A stretch of 64,000 nt of DNA from an uncultured Bifidobacteriaceae bacterium (GTDB lineage: Bacteria > Acidobacteriota > Vicinamibacteria > Vicinamibacterales > UBA2999). Location: assembly GCA_964543955.1 (NCBI GenBank), contig CAZJBN010000006.1, forward strand, positions 3,949-67,948. The letters run 5' to 3'. The notes beneath the pieces are model-generated. The model had not been told where the DNA came from, did no database searches, and saw nothing but the letters and a program-made list of their open reading frames with translations. The position numbers and the translations under genes are program-made. Within the stretch, counting starts at the first letter, position 1; each line of letters opens with the position of its first letter. Shown here piece after piece: positions 52,519-62,097 of this stretch.

Positions 52519-53972
52519 CGCTCGAGCTTGCCCTGCGCGCGGTGGTCGTGCTCGGAGTGGCCCTGGCAGCCGCACGTGGTCTGAGCCGCGCCTCGGCCGC
52601 GACGCGCCATGCCTTCTGGAAGCTCGTCATGGCGGCCGTCCTGGCACTCCCCGTCATCAGCGCCATCGCGCCGTCGTGGTCCGCGGTCGAGTGGACGTCC
52701 GGTCCCGGGTCCCGGACCCCGGCAGCGGCCGTGCTGCCGTTGCCGGAGAGCCCGATCACCGACCTCACCATTCCAGGGACCGGCAATGCCACACGCTGGG
52801 CCGCGCTCGAGACCGGTGCGGGCCGCACGGAGCTCACGCGGGCGTGGCTCCTCCTCTGGAGCGCCGGAGCCGCCGTGATTGGTCTCTACGTCGCCGCCGG
52901 GCATCTGTCGCTCTGGCGCCTCCGGCGCCGCGCGGCGCTCGCACCGCTCTGCTGGTCAGCGGTCGCCATGCGTGTCGCGGCCCGTGCCGGCCTGGCCCGC
53001 GTGCCCGATGTGCTCGTGAGTCCGGCCGTGCCCGGTCCGCTGATTGCCGGACTGCTCCGTCCGGCCGTCTTCATCCCGCCGGACGCGGCCGCATGGCCCG
53101 AGTCCCGCATCGAGCCCGTGCTCGTCCACGAGATCGCACACATTGCCCGGCGCGATCTCCAGGCGCACGCGCTCGCGCACGCCGTTGCCGTGCTGCACTG
53201 GTTCAACCCGCTCGCATGGATGGCCGCCCGCGCCATGCGGCGCGACCAGGAGCTTGCCTGCGACGACGCGGTGCTCGCCTCAGGGGTCGCGCCTGCCGAC
53301 TACGCGGGAGAGCTGCTCGGCATTGCCGCGGCGTCGCTCGATCGACGGGCACTCGTCTCGGCGCTGTCGATGGCACGGCCATCCGACATCGAAGGCCGGC
53401 TCATGGCCGTCCTGGGCCATCGTCCGCGGGCCAGGACTGCGGTGTCGCGCGTCGGTGTGCCCCTGGCGATCGCACTCGCGACGACCGCGGTCGCCGGAGC
53501 CTCGGTGACGCGTGGGCCGGCTGTCCCATCGGGTGACCACTCGACGCTCGGTCCGGCGATCGTCAATCCGCCGCTCGTGATGAGCCCGGCGGACGACCTC
53601 GACGCGGCAGTTCGACAGGACATCCAAGCAGCGGCCGGCGATGACAATGCGCAGGTACGCGAGAGCGCCGTGTTGAGGCTGGCGGTGCGGTCCGGCTCGG
53701 ACGTGGTACCGCCCCTGATCGATGCGCTGAAGGATCCGAACCATCGCGTGCGTGAGAAGGCCGTCGTCGGCCTCATGTGGCGTCGCGATGAGCGTGTGGT
53801 CCCGGCACTCGTCGCCGCGGCGTCGGATCCCGACCCGCGCGTCCGTGAGAAGGCGATCGTCGCGCTCGTGCTGTCAGGTGACGAGCGTGCGAGGGCCGCC
53901 GTCGACGCCGCCCGAAGCGACGCGGATCGCGGTGTTCGAGAGAAGGCCGAGAAGGCGGGGATTCTTCCATGA
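52515..53972 (+). CDS. BlaR1-like M56 peptidase signal transducer with C-terminal HEAT-like repeats
   Basis: ORF 52515..53972(+) has the HEXXH motif HEIAH at 53127-53141 followed by HWFNPLAWM. The C-terminus carries repeats DPNHRVREKAVVGL / DPDPRVREKAIVAL / DADRGVREKAEKA. Confidence 0.85.
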   Translation: MTLELALRAVVVLGVALAAARGLSRASAATRHAFWKLVMAAVLALPVISAIAPSWSAVEWTSGPGSRTPAAAVLPLPESPITDLTIPGTGNATRWAALETGAGRTELTRAWLLLWSAGAAVIGLYVAAGHLSLWRLRRRAALAPLCWSAVAMRVAARAGLARVPDVLVSPAVPGPLIAGLLRPAVFIPPDAAAWPESRIEPVLVHEIAHIARRDLQAHALAHAVAVLHWFNPLAWMAARAMRRDQELACDDAVLASGVAPADYAGELLGIAAASLDRRALVSALSMARPSDIEGRLMAVLGHRPRARTAVSRVGVPLAIALATTAVAGASVTRGPAVPSGDHSTLGPAIVNPPLVMSPADDLDAAVRQDIQAAAGDDNAQVRESAVLRLAVRSGSDVVPPLIDALKDPNHRVREKAVVGLMWRRDERVVPALVAAASDPDPRVREKAIVALVLSGDERARAAVDAARSDADRGVREKAEKAGILP

Positions 53973-56368
53973 CCACCCTCATCGCCGACATCCGCTATGC
54001 GGTCCGCTTGCTGTCGCGCGCGCCCGTGTTCACCGTCTCGACGGTGCTGATTCTCGCGCTCGGCATCGGCGCGACGACCGCTGTGTTCAGCCTCGTGTAC
54101 GCGCTGCTGCTGAAGCCGCTGCCCTACGCGAACGCCGACCGGCTGGCGGTGATCTGGGAGAACAACATCGTGCGGAACCGGCCGACGAACGTGATCAACG
54201 CCGCCAACTTCCTGGCGTGGAAGGAGCGCAATCGTACGTTCGAGGACATGGCCATCTTCACGACATCCAGCGTCAACCTCACCGGCGAGGGCGAACCGGA
54301 GGAGCTCGAAGGATTGAACGTCGCGGCAAACCTGCTCGGGATGGTCGGCGCCCGGCCGATTGCCGGACGCGTGTTCGTCGACGGCGAAGACGAACCGGAG
54401 GCGGAGCGCACCGCGATCATCAGCGAGGGCCTCTGGATCAGGCGCTTCGGCGGGCGGAGCGACATCGTCGGACAGGCCATCACGCTCAGCGAACAGCCGA
54501 CGACGATCGTCGGCATCCTGCCGTCGTCGTTCGAGATTCTCGGACAGCGCGCGGACGTGTGGCGGCCGCTCGTGCTCCTGCCGCAGCACAAACTGTTCCG
54601 CGGTCGGGGATTCGTCTCGCTCGGCCTGCTCCGACCCGGCGTGTCACGCGATCAGGCGCAGGCCGACATGGAGGCAATAGCCGCCGCCCTCACCCGGGAG
54701 CAGCCCGACTTCAACTCGGGCTGGACGGTCAACGTGGTTCCCCTGCGCGCGCAACTGACCGGCGCTCTCAGGCCCGCGCTCTTCGTTCTCTTCGGCGCTG
54801 TGCTCGCAGTGCTCCTGATCGCGTGCGCGAACCTCGTGAACCTGCTCCTCTCGCGGTCGGCCGCCCGGCAGCGCGAGCTGGCCGTCCGATCGGCGCTCGG
54901 CGCCGGCGCGGCGCGCCTCTCGCGCCAACTGATCACCGAGGTCGCCCTGCTCGTCCTGGCCGGAGGCGGCGCGGGGTTGCTCCTGGCGCGGTGGCTCCAG
55001 TCCATCATCGTCTCCACCGCCCGATCGCAGGCGCCCGTGCCGCTGCTTGGCGAGGTGGGCATCGACCTGCCGGTTGCCGCCTTTGCCGCGGCAGCAACGG
55101 TCTTCACGGCTCTCGTCTGCGGCCTCGCCCCGTTGTGGAGTCTGCGGCACACATCGCTCGCGTCGTCGCTTCGCGATGGCGGCCGGGGCACGACCGATGC
55201 CGGGCACGGCCGGCTTCGCTCCGCGCTCGTCGTCGTCGAGGTCACGCTCGCGGTGGCGCTCCTGGCGGGCGCCGGGCTGCTCGTCCGCAGCGTGCTCGCG
55301 CTGCAGGCGGTGGACCCCGGGTTCGATCCGTCACGGGTCCTGACAGTCCGCGTCTCGCTCCCCGGCGCCGGGGACCGCGCCGCGCGAGCCCACGAGGAGA
55401 ACGTGGCCCGTTTCGCGGCGCTCCCGGGTGTGCGCGCGGCTGCCGGCACGGTGTTCCTCCCGCTCGCCGGCATGGGGTCTGCCACGTCGTTCTGGATGGC
55501 CGATCGGCCTGAACCGGCTGCTGCCGACCGGCCCGTCGCCGACATCCGCCCGGTGACCCCGGGCTATTTCCGGACGATGGGCATTCCGGTGTTGGCCGGC
55601 CGCGACTTCGACGCGGGGGACGAGCCCGAACGCCCGCTCGTGGCGGTCGTCAACGCGACGTTCGCCCGCCTGCACTCACCGGGCGAGAATCCGATCGGAC
55701 GCCGGCTCGTCTACTCGTGGGATCGGCCGACGCCCGTCGAAATCGTCGGTGTCGTGGGCGACGTGAAGCTGACGGCGCTCGACGGCGAAGTGCGCGGCAC
55801 GGTGTACCTCCCGAGCCTCCAGCGTCCGATCTCCATGATGACCTACGTGCTCCGTGCAGATGGAGCCCCCTCGTCGGTGGCGGGCGCGGCGGTCACCGCA
55901 CTTCGCGCGACGGCGCCGGATCAGCCAGTCAGGGTGCGCACGCTCGACGAGGTGCTCGAGAGTTCGCTGGCACGCCCGCGCGTCACGTCGACCGCCCTGG
56001 GCCTGTTCGCGGCCCTCGCGCTGCTGCTCGCCGCCGTGGGCGTCTACGGCGTCATCGCGTACAACGTCTCGCAGCGGTGGACGGAGTTCGGCGTCCGTCT
56101 CGCACTCGGCGCATCGCCCGGCAACATCCAGCGGATGGTGCTGACGCGCGGCATCCTGCTCGTGGGCAGCGGCATCGTGCTCGGGCTCGCGCTCGCGTTC
56201 CCCTTGTCGCGCGCGCTCCAGGCACAGCTCTTCGGCGTCGGGCCGTTCGACTGGCTGACGTACGGCACCGTTGCCGCGCTCATCGGCCTCGTGGGCCTTG
56301 CCGCCAGCTGGATTCCCGCCGTCCGAGCCACTCGGGTCGATCCTGTGTCGGCGCTCAGGGCGGACTGA
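53969..56368 (+). CDS. ADOP-type duplicated MacB/FtsX-like permease (orphan, no ATPase gene adjacent)
   Basis: ORF 53969..56368(+) starts IADIRYAVRLLSRAPVFTVSTVLILALGIGATTAVFS and has two MacB-periplasmic/FtsX modules. ATGA overlap with the blaR1-like stop. Confidence 0.85.
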   Translation: MTTLIADIRYAVRLLSRAPVFTVSTVLILALGIGATTAVFSLVYALLLKPLPYANADRLAVIWENNIVRNRPTNVINAANFLAWKERNRTFEDMAIFTTSSVNLTGEGEPEELEGLNVAANLLGMVGARPIAGRVFVDGEDEPEAERTAIISEGLWIRRFGGRSDIVGQAITLSEQPTTIVGILPSSFEILGQRADVWRPLVLLPQHKLFRGRGFVSLGLLRPGVSRDQAQADMEAIAAALTREQPDFNSGWTVNVVPLRAQLTGALRPALFVLFGAVLAVLLIACANLVNLLLSRSAARQRELAVRSALGAGAARLSRQLITEVALLVLAGGGAGLLLARWLQSIIVSTARSQAPVPLLGEVGIDLPVAAFAAAATVFTALVCGLAPLWSLRHTSLASSLRDGGRGTTDAGHGRLRSALVVVEVTLAVALLAGAGLLVRSVLALQAVDPGFDPSRVLTVRVSLPGAGDRAARAHEENVARFAALPGVRAAAGTVFLPLAGMGSATSFWMADRPEPAAADRPVADIRPVTPGYFRTMGIPVLAGRDFDAGDEPERPLVAVVNATFARLHSPGENPIGRRLVYSWDRPTPVEIVGVVGDVKLTALDGEVRGTVYLPSLQRPISMMTYVLRADGAPSSVAGAAVTALRATAPDQPVRVRTLDEVLESSLARPRVTSTALGLFAALALLLAAVGVYGVIAYNVSQRWTEFGVRLALGASPGNIQRMVLTRGILLVGSGIVLGLALAFPLSRALQAQLFGVGPFDWLTYGTVAALIGLVGLAASWIPAVRATRVDPVSALRAD

Positions 56369-56373
56369 CGAGA

Positions 56374-56964
56374 TCAACCCGCCTGCACCACCGTCCGCCG
56401 GCTCCGGTGGCCTCGCACAATCTCCGCAGGCAGGAGCTTGCTCAGGTACACCTTCGACTCGGCGTTGTCGATCGCAGGCTCGTACTTGACGACGTTGAAC
56501 TGCAGCTGATCGAGCACGGCGCGCATGTCGTAATAGCGGTTCTTGGTCTTGACGACAATCTCTTCGAACCCGCTGGCCAGCGCCCACGCCTCGGACTCTT
56601 CCGTCAGGGCCCTGAAATGGCCCTGCCCGCGCCAGTCGCGGCGGGTGCCGCCGATCCACGAATAGAGGATGCGCCGGCCGTCGAAGTGGAGATGGCCGCC
56701 GAGCCGTTCGACGAGGTCGCGAAGCTTCGGAATGGACTCTTCGGCACGAATCTCGTGCACGATCTTGTAGGAGACGGGTACGAGCACGCCGGGGTCGTCG
56801 GCAAGGGGCGCTTCGGCCATCAGGATGAGCGACTCGCGGTCGCTCAGCCGGTTGATGATCTCGGATGCCGTCTTCCGCCGCGGGAACTCGCCGAAGTACT
56901 CCTCGATGTACTGGATCTCGAGCGCACCGGACTCGAGCGGGTATTGCTTGATCAGATACTCCAC
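56374..56964 (-). CDS. GNAT-family N-acetyltransferase
   Basis: In frame within ORF 56374..57063(-). Start placed at GTG 56964, with GGGAG 5 nt upstream and a TATAAT (minus strand, 56983-56988) further upstream. It has the acetyl-CoA motif context RRDWRGQGHFRALTEESEAWA. Confidence 0.6.
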   Translation of the reverse strand: MEYLIKQYPLESGALEIQYIEEYFGEFPRRKTASEIINRLSDRESLILMAEAPLADDPGVLVPVSYKIVHEIRAEESIPKLRDLVERLGGHLHFDGRRILYSWIGGTRRDWRGQGHFRALTEESEAWALASGFEEIVVKTKNRYYDMRAVLDQLQFNVVKYEPAIDNAESKVYLSKLLPAEIVRGHRSRRTVVQAG

Positions 56965-57135
56965 GCGGACTCCCAAACGGCGATTATAGCCGCGGCACCC
57001 GCCTGTCCCTGTTCCGCCAGCTGCCCGGCCAGCCGGGGGGGTCCGGCTTCGGCAAGCGAGCACCGGCGAGATGGGCCCGCCGCGCAGGCGCGCAGCAGGA
57101 CATCGACGAGGCCCGCACCCGCCGCAATCACACGA

Positions 57136-58755
57136 TCAATAGTCCATCCCGATCACGTTGCCCTCATCGTCGACGTTCAGCTTCTGAGCCTGCGGGACCT
57201 TCCCCAGCCCGGGCATGAGCATCATGCTGCCGGCAATGGCCACGACGAAGCCCGCACCCGCCGAGAGCGACACATCGCTGATCGTCAGGGTCCAGCCGGT
57301 TGGCGCGCCCATCTTCTTCGGATCGTCGGTGAACGAGTACTGGGTCTTCGCAATGCAGATGGGCAGGCGCCCGTAGCCGGCGTTCGTGAGGCGCAGCAGG
57401 CGGGCCCGTGCCGCGGGCTTGAACTCCACGCCATCGGCGCCGTACACGGTGGTGGCAACGGCGGTGATCTTCTCCTCGAGCGACAACTCGGCGCCGTAGA
57501 TGGGCTTGACGGTGGCCGGATCGCTCGCCGCCGCGGCCCCGACGACGCGGTCCGCCAGGTCGGTCATGCCGTCGCCGCCCCGCAGATAGCCGTCGGCGAG
57601 TGCGCCCTCCACGCCGTGCTGACGACAGTAGGCGAGCACGGCATCGAGATCCGCGTCGCTGTCTCCCTCGAAACGATTGAGCGCGACCACGGCCGGTACA
57701 CCCCACCGCCGGATATTGGCCAGGTGGCGGTCCAGGTTGGCAAACCCCGCCTGAACGGGCCCTGTGGCCGACCCGCCCTGCGCGCGGAGTGCCTTCAGCG
57801 TCACGATGACCACGGCAGCCGAGGGCACGTGGCCGCACATGGGCATCACGAGGTCGAAGAACTTCTCGGCGCCGAGGTCCGCGGCAAAGCCGGTCTCGTT
57901 GACCACGTAGTCCGCGAGGTGCAGGCCCATCCGCTGCGCCAGGACGCTGCTCGTTCCATGGGCGATGTTGGCGAACGGGCCGCAGTGCACGATGGCCGGC
58001 ACGCCCTCCGTCGTCTGGACGAGGTTGGGCAGCAGCGCCTCGTTGAGCAGCACCATCATCGCCCCGACGGCGGAGAGATCGCCGGCCGTGACGGGCTGGC
58101 CCGCGGCATCGAACGCCACCACGATGTTGCCAAGCCGCCGGCGCAGGTCGGCTCGGCTCTCCGACAGGGCCAGGATGGCCATGATCTCGGAGGCCGCGGT
58201 GATGACGAATCCGGTTTCCCTGGCCGGGCCGCCATCACGGCCGCCGAGGCCCGCCACGATCCGGCGGAGCGCCCGGTCGTTCATGTCCATCGCACGCGGC
58301 CACAGGATCTCGCGCATGTCGACGGCCGGCGACCCTCCGAAATGCAGGTGCGAGTCGAGCATTGCGGCGAGCAGGTTGTTGGCCGATGTAATCGCGTGGA
58401 AGTCGCCGTTGAAGTGAAGGTTGATCTTGTCGACAGGATAGAGCGACGCCTTGCCTCCACCGGTGGCGCCGCCTTTCTGCCCGAACACGGGACCGAGCGA
58501 CGGTTCGCGCAGCGCGGCCACGGCCCGGTGCCCACGCTTGACCAGGCCCTGAGTGAGCCCGATGGTGTTGACGGTCTTGCCCTCGCCGCTTGTCGTCGGC
58601 GTCATGGCGGTGACGAGAATCAGCCGCCCGCGGCGCTCCGGGAATCGCGCGAGAGTTTCGAGGCGAATCTTGGCCGTGTAGCGGCCGTACGGCTCGAGGA
58701 GGTCGGATGAAAGGCCAAGGAGGCCGGCAGTTTCGGTAATCGGGCGAATCGACAC
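57136..58755 (-). CDS. fhs: formate--tetrahydrofolate ligase
   Basis: ORF 57136..58755(-) has TPTTSGEGKTVNTIGL, EPSLGPVFGQKGGATGGG and NLHFNGDFHAITSANNLL. Confidence 0.95.
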   Translation of the reverse strand: MSIRPITETAGLLGLSSDLLEPYGRYTAKIRLETLARFPERRGRLILVTAMTPTTSGEGKTVNTIGLTQGLVKRGHRAVAALREPSLGPVFGQKGGATGGGKASLYPVDKINLHFNGDFHAITSANNLLAAMLDSHLHFGGSPAVDMREILWPRAMDMNDRALRRIVAGLGGRDGGPARETGFVITAASEIMAILALSESRADLRRRLGNIVVAFDAAGQPVTAGDLSAVGAMMVLLNEALLPNLVQTTEGVPAIVHCGPFANIAHGTSSVLAQRMGLHLADYVVNETGFAADLGAEKFFDLVMPMCGHVPSAAVVIVTLKALRAQGGSATGPVQAGFANLDRHLANIRRWGVPAVVALNRFEGDSDADLDAVLAYCRQHGVEGALADGYLRGGDGMTDLADRVVGAAAASDPATVKPIYGAELSLEEKITAVATTVYGADGVEFKPAARARLLRLTNAGYGRLPICIAKTQYSFTDDPKKMGAPTGWTLTISDVSLSAGAGFVVAIAGSMMLMPGLGKVPQAQKLNVDDEGNVIGMDY

Positions 58756-58807
58756 AGCGCACTGATTCTATGCGAACCCGATTGACGGCTTCTCCGTCTA
58801 ATACATA

Positions 58808-58819
58808 GCCTATCTAGGC
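58808..58819. promoter_or_regulatory. 12-bp palindrome GCCTA-TC-TAGGC in the fhs/padR divergent intergenic region (candidate PadR operator)
   Basis: Read directly from the sequence. It lies 20 nt upstream of the padR ATG (58839). Confidence 0.3.
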
Positions 58820-58838
58820 AAAGACCTTCGAGGCATTG

Positions 58839-59165
58839 ATGAGCCGAGCACCGACCGACTTCCTTCCCGGCACACTGGAGACGCTGATCCTCAAGACGCT
58901 CACCGGCGGACCCAAGCACGGATACGGCATTGCACGGTGGATTGAGGAGGTCACGGGGAATGCCCTGCCGGTCGAGGAGGGCTCGCTCTATCCGGCGCTC
59001 TACCGCATGGAGAAGCGCGGGTGGGTCGAGGCGGAGTGGGGCACGTCCGAACTCGGCCGCCGCGCGAAGGTCTATCGACTGACCCGGACAGGACGTCAGC
59101 AGTTGGCGGCCGACCAGGTGGCCTGGGCGGCATTCAGCACGGCGGTCAATCGCATCCTGGCATAG
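58839..59165 (+). CDS. PadR-family transcriptional regulator
   Basis: ORF 58836..59165(+), with ATG at 58839. It has GTLETLILKTLTGGPKHGYGIARWIEE...EEGSLYPALYRMEKRGWVEAEWG. Confidence 0.9.
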   Translation: MSRAPTDFLPGTLETLILKTLTGGPKHGYGIARWIEEVTGNALPVEEGSLYPALYRMEKRGWVEAEWGTSELGRRAKVYRLTRTGRQQLAADQVAWAAFSTAVNRILA

Positions 59166-59200
59166 GCGCAGCCGGCGCCGTTGGGTGGAGGCAGACCCTC

Positions 59201-61867
59201 ATGGGCATCAGAATGCGGATCCGATCTCTGTTGTGGCGCGTGCCCGTCGAACAGGAGGTGCGCGAGGAGATCGCGCACCACGTCGATCAGCGCGCGCAGG
59301 AACTCATCGACAGGGGGCTGGATCCTCGCACCGCGCGCCGCGAAGCGGAACGGCGCTTCGGCGACGTCGACCGCCTTCGTGCCGACCTGACGCGCCTCGG
59401 CCGGGAGCGCAATCGCTCGTGGGCGCGCGGCGAGTGGCTGACGGCCGTCGGGCAGGACCTGCGCTTCGCACTCCGTCAGGCGCGCCAGCGCCCGGGCTTC
59501 ACCGCGGCCGCGGTGCTCACACTCGCCGTCGGCATCGGCGCCACCACCGCCATCTTCAGCGTCGCCTACGCCGTCGTGCTCGAGCCGTTTCCCTTTACGG
59601 ACCCCGATCGCGTCCTCGTCGTCCAGACGACACGGCGTGAGGGACCGAGCGAGACATCGGGCGGCAACTACGACTACATCCGCCAGCGCGTCCCCTCGCT
59701 CGAGCACCTGTCCGCCGCAGCACATGCCAGCTTCAACCTGGCAGGCGACGACGACGCGGAACGCGTCCTCGGCCTGCGGGTCACGTGGAACTACTTCCCG
59801 GTGTTCGGTATCGTGCCGCTGCACGGCCGCACATTCACGCCGGACGACGACCGGCCCGGGCACGAGCAGGTGGTGATGCTGAGCCATCGCTTCTGGGCGC
59901 AGCGCTTCGCCGCGGACCCGGCCGTTGTCGGGCAGGCGATTCATCTGAACGGTCAGCCTCATGACGTGGTCGGCGTCATGCCGCCGGCCTTTGACGCCGT
60001 GATGGGCAACGAGCAGATCTGGGTCCCGATGGCGTTCACCGCCGAACGGCTGGCCACCTACGACGAGCACTTCCTCTCGCTGCACGGCCTGCGGCGCGCG
60101 GACGCGACCCTGGCCCAGGTGAACGACGACCTCGCACGCGCCGCCGAGGGGCTGCGCCGTGACCACGCCCGGTACAACCACGAACGCGGCGCGGGCGCCC
60201 GGGTCTACGGCGAGTTCCACACGGCGCCTTACCGGACGCGCTTCGTCGTATTACTGGGCGCGGTGCTGGCCGTGCTGCTGATCGCGTGCGGCAACGTCGC
60301 CAACCTCTTCCTGGCCCGCCTGGCCTCGCGCTCGCGCGAACTGGCCATTCGCGCCGCAATCGGCGCCGGACGCGGCCGGATCGTGCGGCAGGTGCTCACG
60401 GAGAGCCTTGTCATCGCCCTGATCGGGGGCGCCGGCGGCGTGCTGCTGGCATGGTGGGCGCTGCCGGGGCTCCTTGCCAGCGCTCCGGCGATGCAGCGGA
60501 TCGGCTCGGCGTCGCTGAACCCGCCGGTGCTCGCGACGGCGCTGGCGCTCGTCGTGGGGAGCGCCGTGCTCGTGGGTGTCCTTCCCGCGTGGATCGCCAC
60601 CAAGCGGCGGGATCTGCGGCACGAGCTGGGCGACGGCAAGGGCCTGCCCGGCGGCAGCGTACGCCCGTGGGTGCGGCAGGCGCTGGTCGCCGTACAGGCC
60701 GCGCTGGTGCTCATGGTCCTCGCCGGCGCGGCACTGCTCGTGCAGAGTGCCATCCGGCTCTCGGAGGTGTCGCTCGGGTTCGACACCTCGAGCGCGCTGG
60801 TCGGACGCGTCGGGCTCATCGGCGCCGCGTATCGGCAGCCGGAGCGCGTCAAGGCAGCCTTCCAGGAACTGGTCGAACGCCTGCAGTCCACACCCGGCGT
60901 GCGCGCGGCCGCGCTCGACTCACAGCCACCGCTTGTCGGCGGGGGCAGCTCCAACGGCCTCATCCCCGAAGGCCGCGCCCTCTCGATGGAAAGCATCATC
61001 GACAGCGAGTCGCACTTCATCACGCCGGACTACTTCCGCGTGCTCGACGTCCCGCTCCTCGCCGGCCGTACGTTCACGGAGGGTGACGTGCGGGGCGCAC
61101 CGCTCGTGATGATCGTCAACGAGACGCTGGCCCGCCAGGCGTTCGGGGACGAGAGCCCGCTCGGCAAGCGCATCACCTGTTGCGAGGGCAGCCCGGACGA
61201 TCCGGCGTGGAAGACCATCGTCGGGGTCGTCGCTGACGTCCACTCGCGCGGCCCCGCGATCGAGCCACGCCCCGAGTTCTACATCCCGATGACGCAGATG
61301 CCGGACACCGCGTGGTCGTGGGTGCAGAACACGCTGATCATGATCGTGCGGCCCGAGAACGGGCCGCCGGCGGCAATGGCTCAGGTCATGCGGAACGCCG
61401 TCCGCGAGATGGACCCCTTGCTGCCCGTCTACGGCATCGGGACGTTCGACGATGCGCTGTTCCTGTCGACGCGGATGGCGCGGTTCAACACCCTGATGAT
61501 GTCCCTCCTGGGACTCACCGGCCTGCTGCTGGCCGCGCTCGGCATCTACAGCGTGATGGCATGGCTGGTGGTCCAGCGCACGCGGGAGATCGGCGTGCGC
61601 ATGGCGCTCGGCGCCTCGGTGCCGACGGTCGTCGCGATGGTCGCCGGGCACGGCCTCGCGCCGGTGATCGTCGGGCTCCTGGCCGGCATGGCGGGCACGC
61701 TGGCCGCCGTCCGCGTGCTGCAGGGACAGCTGTTCGGCGTGGCGCCGCGCGATCCCGTCACACTCGGGACGGCCGCGATCCTGCTGTTCGTGGTGGCGGC
61801 GCTGGCCGCGCTCGGTCCGGCCTGGCGGGCTGCCCGGATCGATCCGGCCCGCGCCCTTCACGAGTAG
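59201..61867 (+). CDS. ADOP-type duplicated MacB/FtsX-like permease (second copy)
   Basis: ATG 59201 lies within ORF 59021..61867(+). It has an N-terminal PadR-associated helical segment (REEIAHHVDQRAQELIDRGLDPRTARREAERRFGD). This is followed by LRFALRQARQRPGFTAAAVLTLAVGIGATTAIFS and two FtsX modules. Confidence 0.85.
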   Translation: MGIRMRIRSLLWRVPVEQEVREEIAHHVDQRAQELIDRGLDPRTARREAERRFGDVDRLRADLTRLGRERNRSWARGEWLTAVGQDLRFALRQARQRPGFTAAAVLTLAVGIGATTAIFSVAYAVVLEPFPFTDPDRVLVVQTTRREGPSETSGGNYDYIRQRVPSLEHLSAAAHASFNLAGDDDAERVLGLRVTWNYFPVFGIVPLHGRTFTPDDDRPGHEQVVMLSHRFWAQRFAADPAVVGQAIHLNGQPHDVVGVMPPAFDAVMGNEQIWVPMAFTAERLATYDEHFLSLHGLRRADATLAQVNDDLARAAEGLRRDHARYNHERGAGARVYGEFHTAPYRTRFVVLLGAVLAVLLIACGNVANLFLARLASRSRELAIRAAIGAGRGRIVRQVLTESLVIALIGGAGGVLLAWWALPGLLASAPAMQRIGSASLNPPVLATALALVVGSAVLVGVLPAWIATKRRDLRHELGDGKGLPGGSVRPWVRQALVAVQAALVLMVLAGAALLVQSAIRLSEVSLGFDTSSALVGRVGLIGAAYRQPERVKAAFQELVERLQSTPGVRAAALDSQPPLVGGGSSNGLIPEGRALSMESIIDSESHFITPDYFRVLDVPLLAGRTFTEGDVRGAPLVMIVNETLARQAFGDESPLGKRITCCEGSPDDPAWKTIVGVVADVHSRGPAIEPRPEFYIPMTQMPDTAWSWVQNTLIMIVRPENGPPAAMAQVMRNAVREMDPLLPVYGIGTFDDALFLSTRMARFNTLMMSLLGLTGLLLAALGIYSVMAWLVVQRTREIGVRMALGASVPTVVAMVAGHGLAPVIVGLLAGMAGTLAAVRVLQGQLFGVAPRDPVTLGTAAILLFVVAALAALGPAWRAARIDPARALHE

Positions 61868-61889
61868 CCGATAGGTGACACTGACCATA

Positions 61890-61914
61890 GGCGACCCTAA
61901 AAGGGTCGCCTCCA
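61890..61914 (+). other. hairpin GGCGACCC-TAAAA-GGGTCGCC followed by TCCA (possible terminator of the ADOP gene or tRNA-acceptor-like minihelix)
   Basis: Perfect 8-bp stem located 23 nt after the 61867 stop. The 3' arm plus tail, GGTCGCCTCC, recurs at 61942-61951. Confidence 0.35.
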
Positions 61915-62024
61915 TAGGATTATTCGGGGGCAGTTCGATCCGGTCGCCTCCGCACAGGACTTGTGGGGCAACTCTCCCCAAGATCGGATTCGTCGGGCAA
62001 CCCTCCTCCACCTACGATCTGTGT

Positions 62025-62097
62025 GGGCAACCCTTCCGCCTTCGCAAATGCTTCGGCGGACCGCCGTAGCCTTGGCGGAGGCTGGTCAGGGTTGCCC
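62025..62097. repeat. long imperfect hairpin bounded by GGGCAACCC / GGGTTGCCC, part of a GGGCAAC-repeat cluster
   Basis: GGGCAAC occurs at 61966, 61995 and 62025, and inverted at 62089-62097. Inner complementary segments are TTCCGCC...GGCGGAG and CGGCGG-A-CCGCCG. Confidence 0.5.

Noticed and set aside
56965-57063. The upstream start (57063) for the GNAT gene.
   Set aside because: The N-terminal 33 residues are Gly/Arg/Ala-rich junk. A minus-strand TATAAT (56983-56988) and GGGAG RBS lie inside that stretch, which favours GTG 56964.
58756-58838. A riboswitch (for example the ZTP/pfl motif) in the fhs 5' leader.
   Set aside because: The leader is only about 80 nt and lacks the conserved pfl pseudoknot sequence (CCGCCTGGGCA-like).
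61921-61960. A possible tRNA gene suggested by GTTCGATCC followed by GGTCGCCTCC.
   Set aside because: I could not fold a cloverleaf. The sequence 5' of the T-loop-like heptamer (GGCAG) does not pair with the 3' side (CGGTC), and no complementary acceptor 5' strand (CGGAGGC or GGCGACC in the right register) lies about 70 nt upstream. It is kept only as a possible tRNA-fragment remnant within the repeat-region finding.
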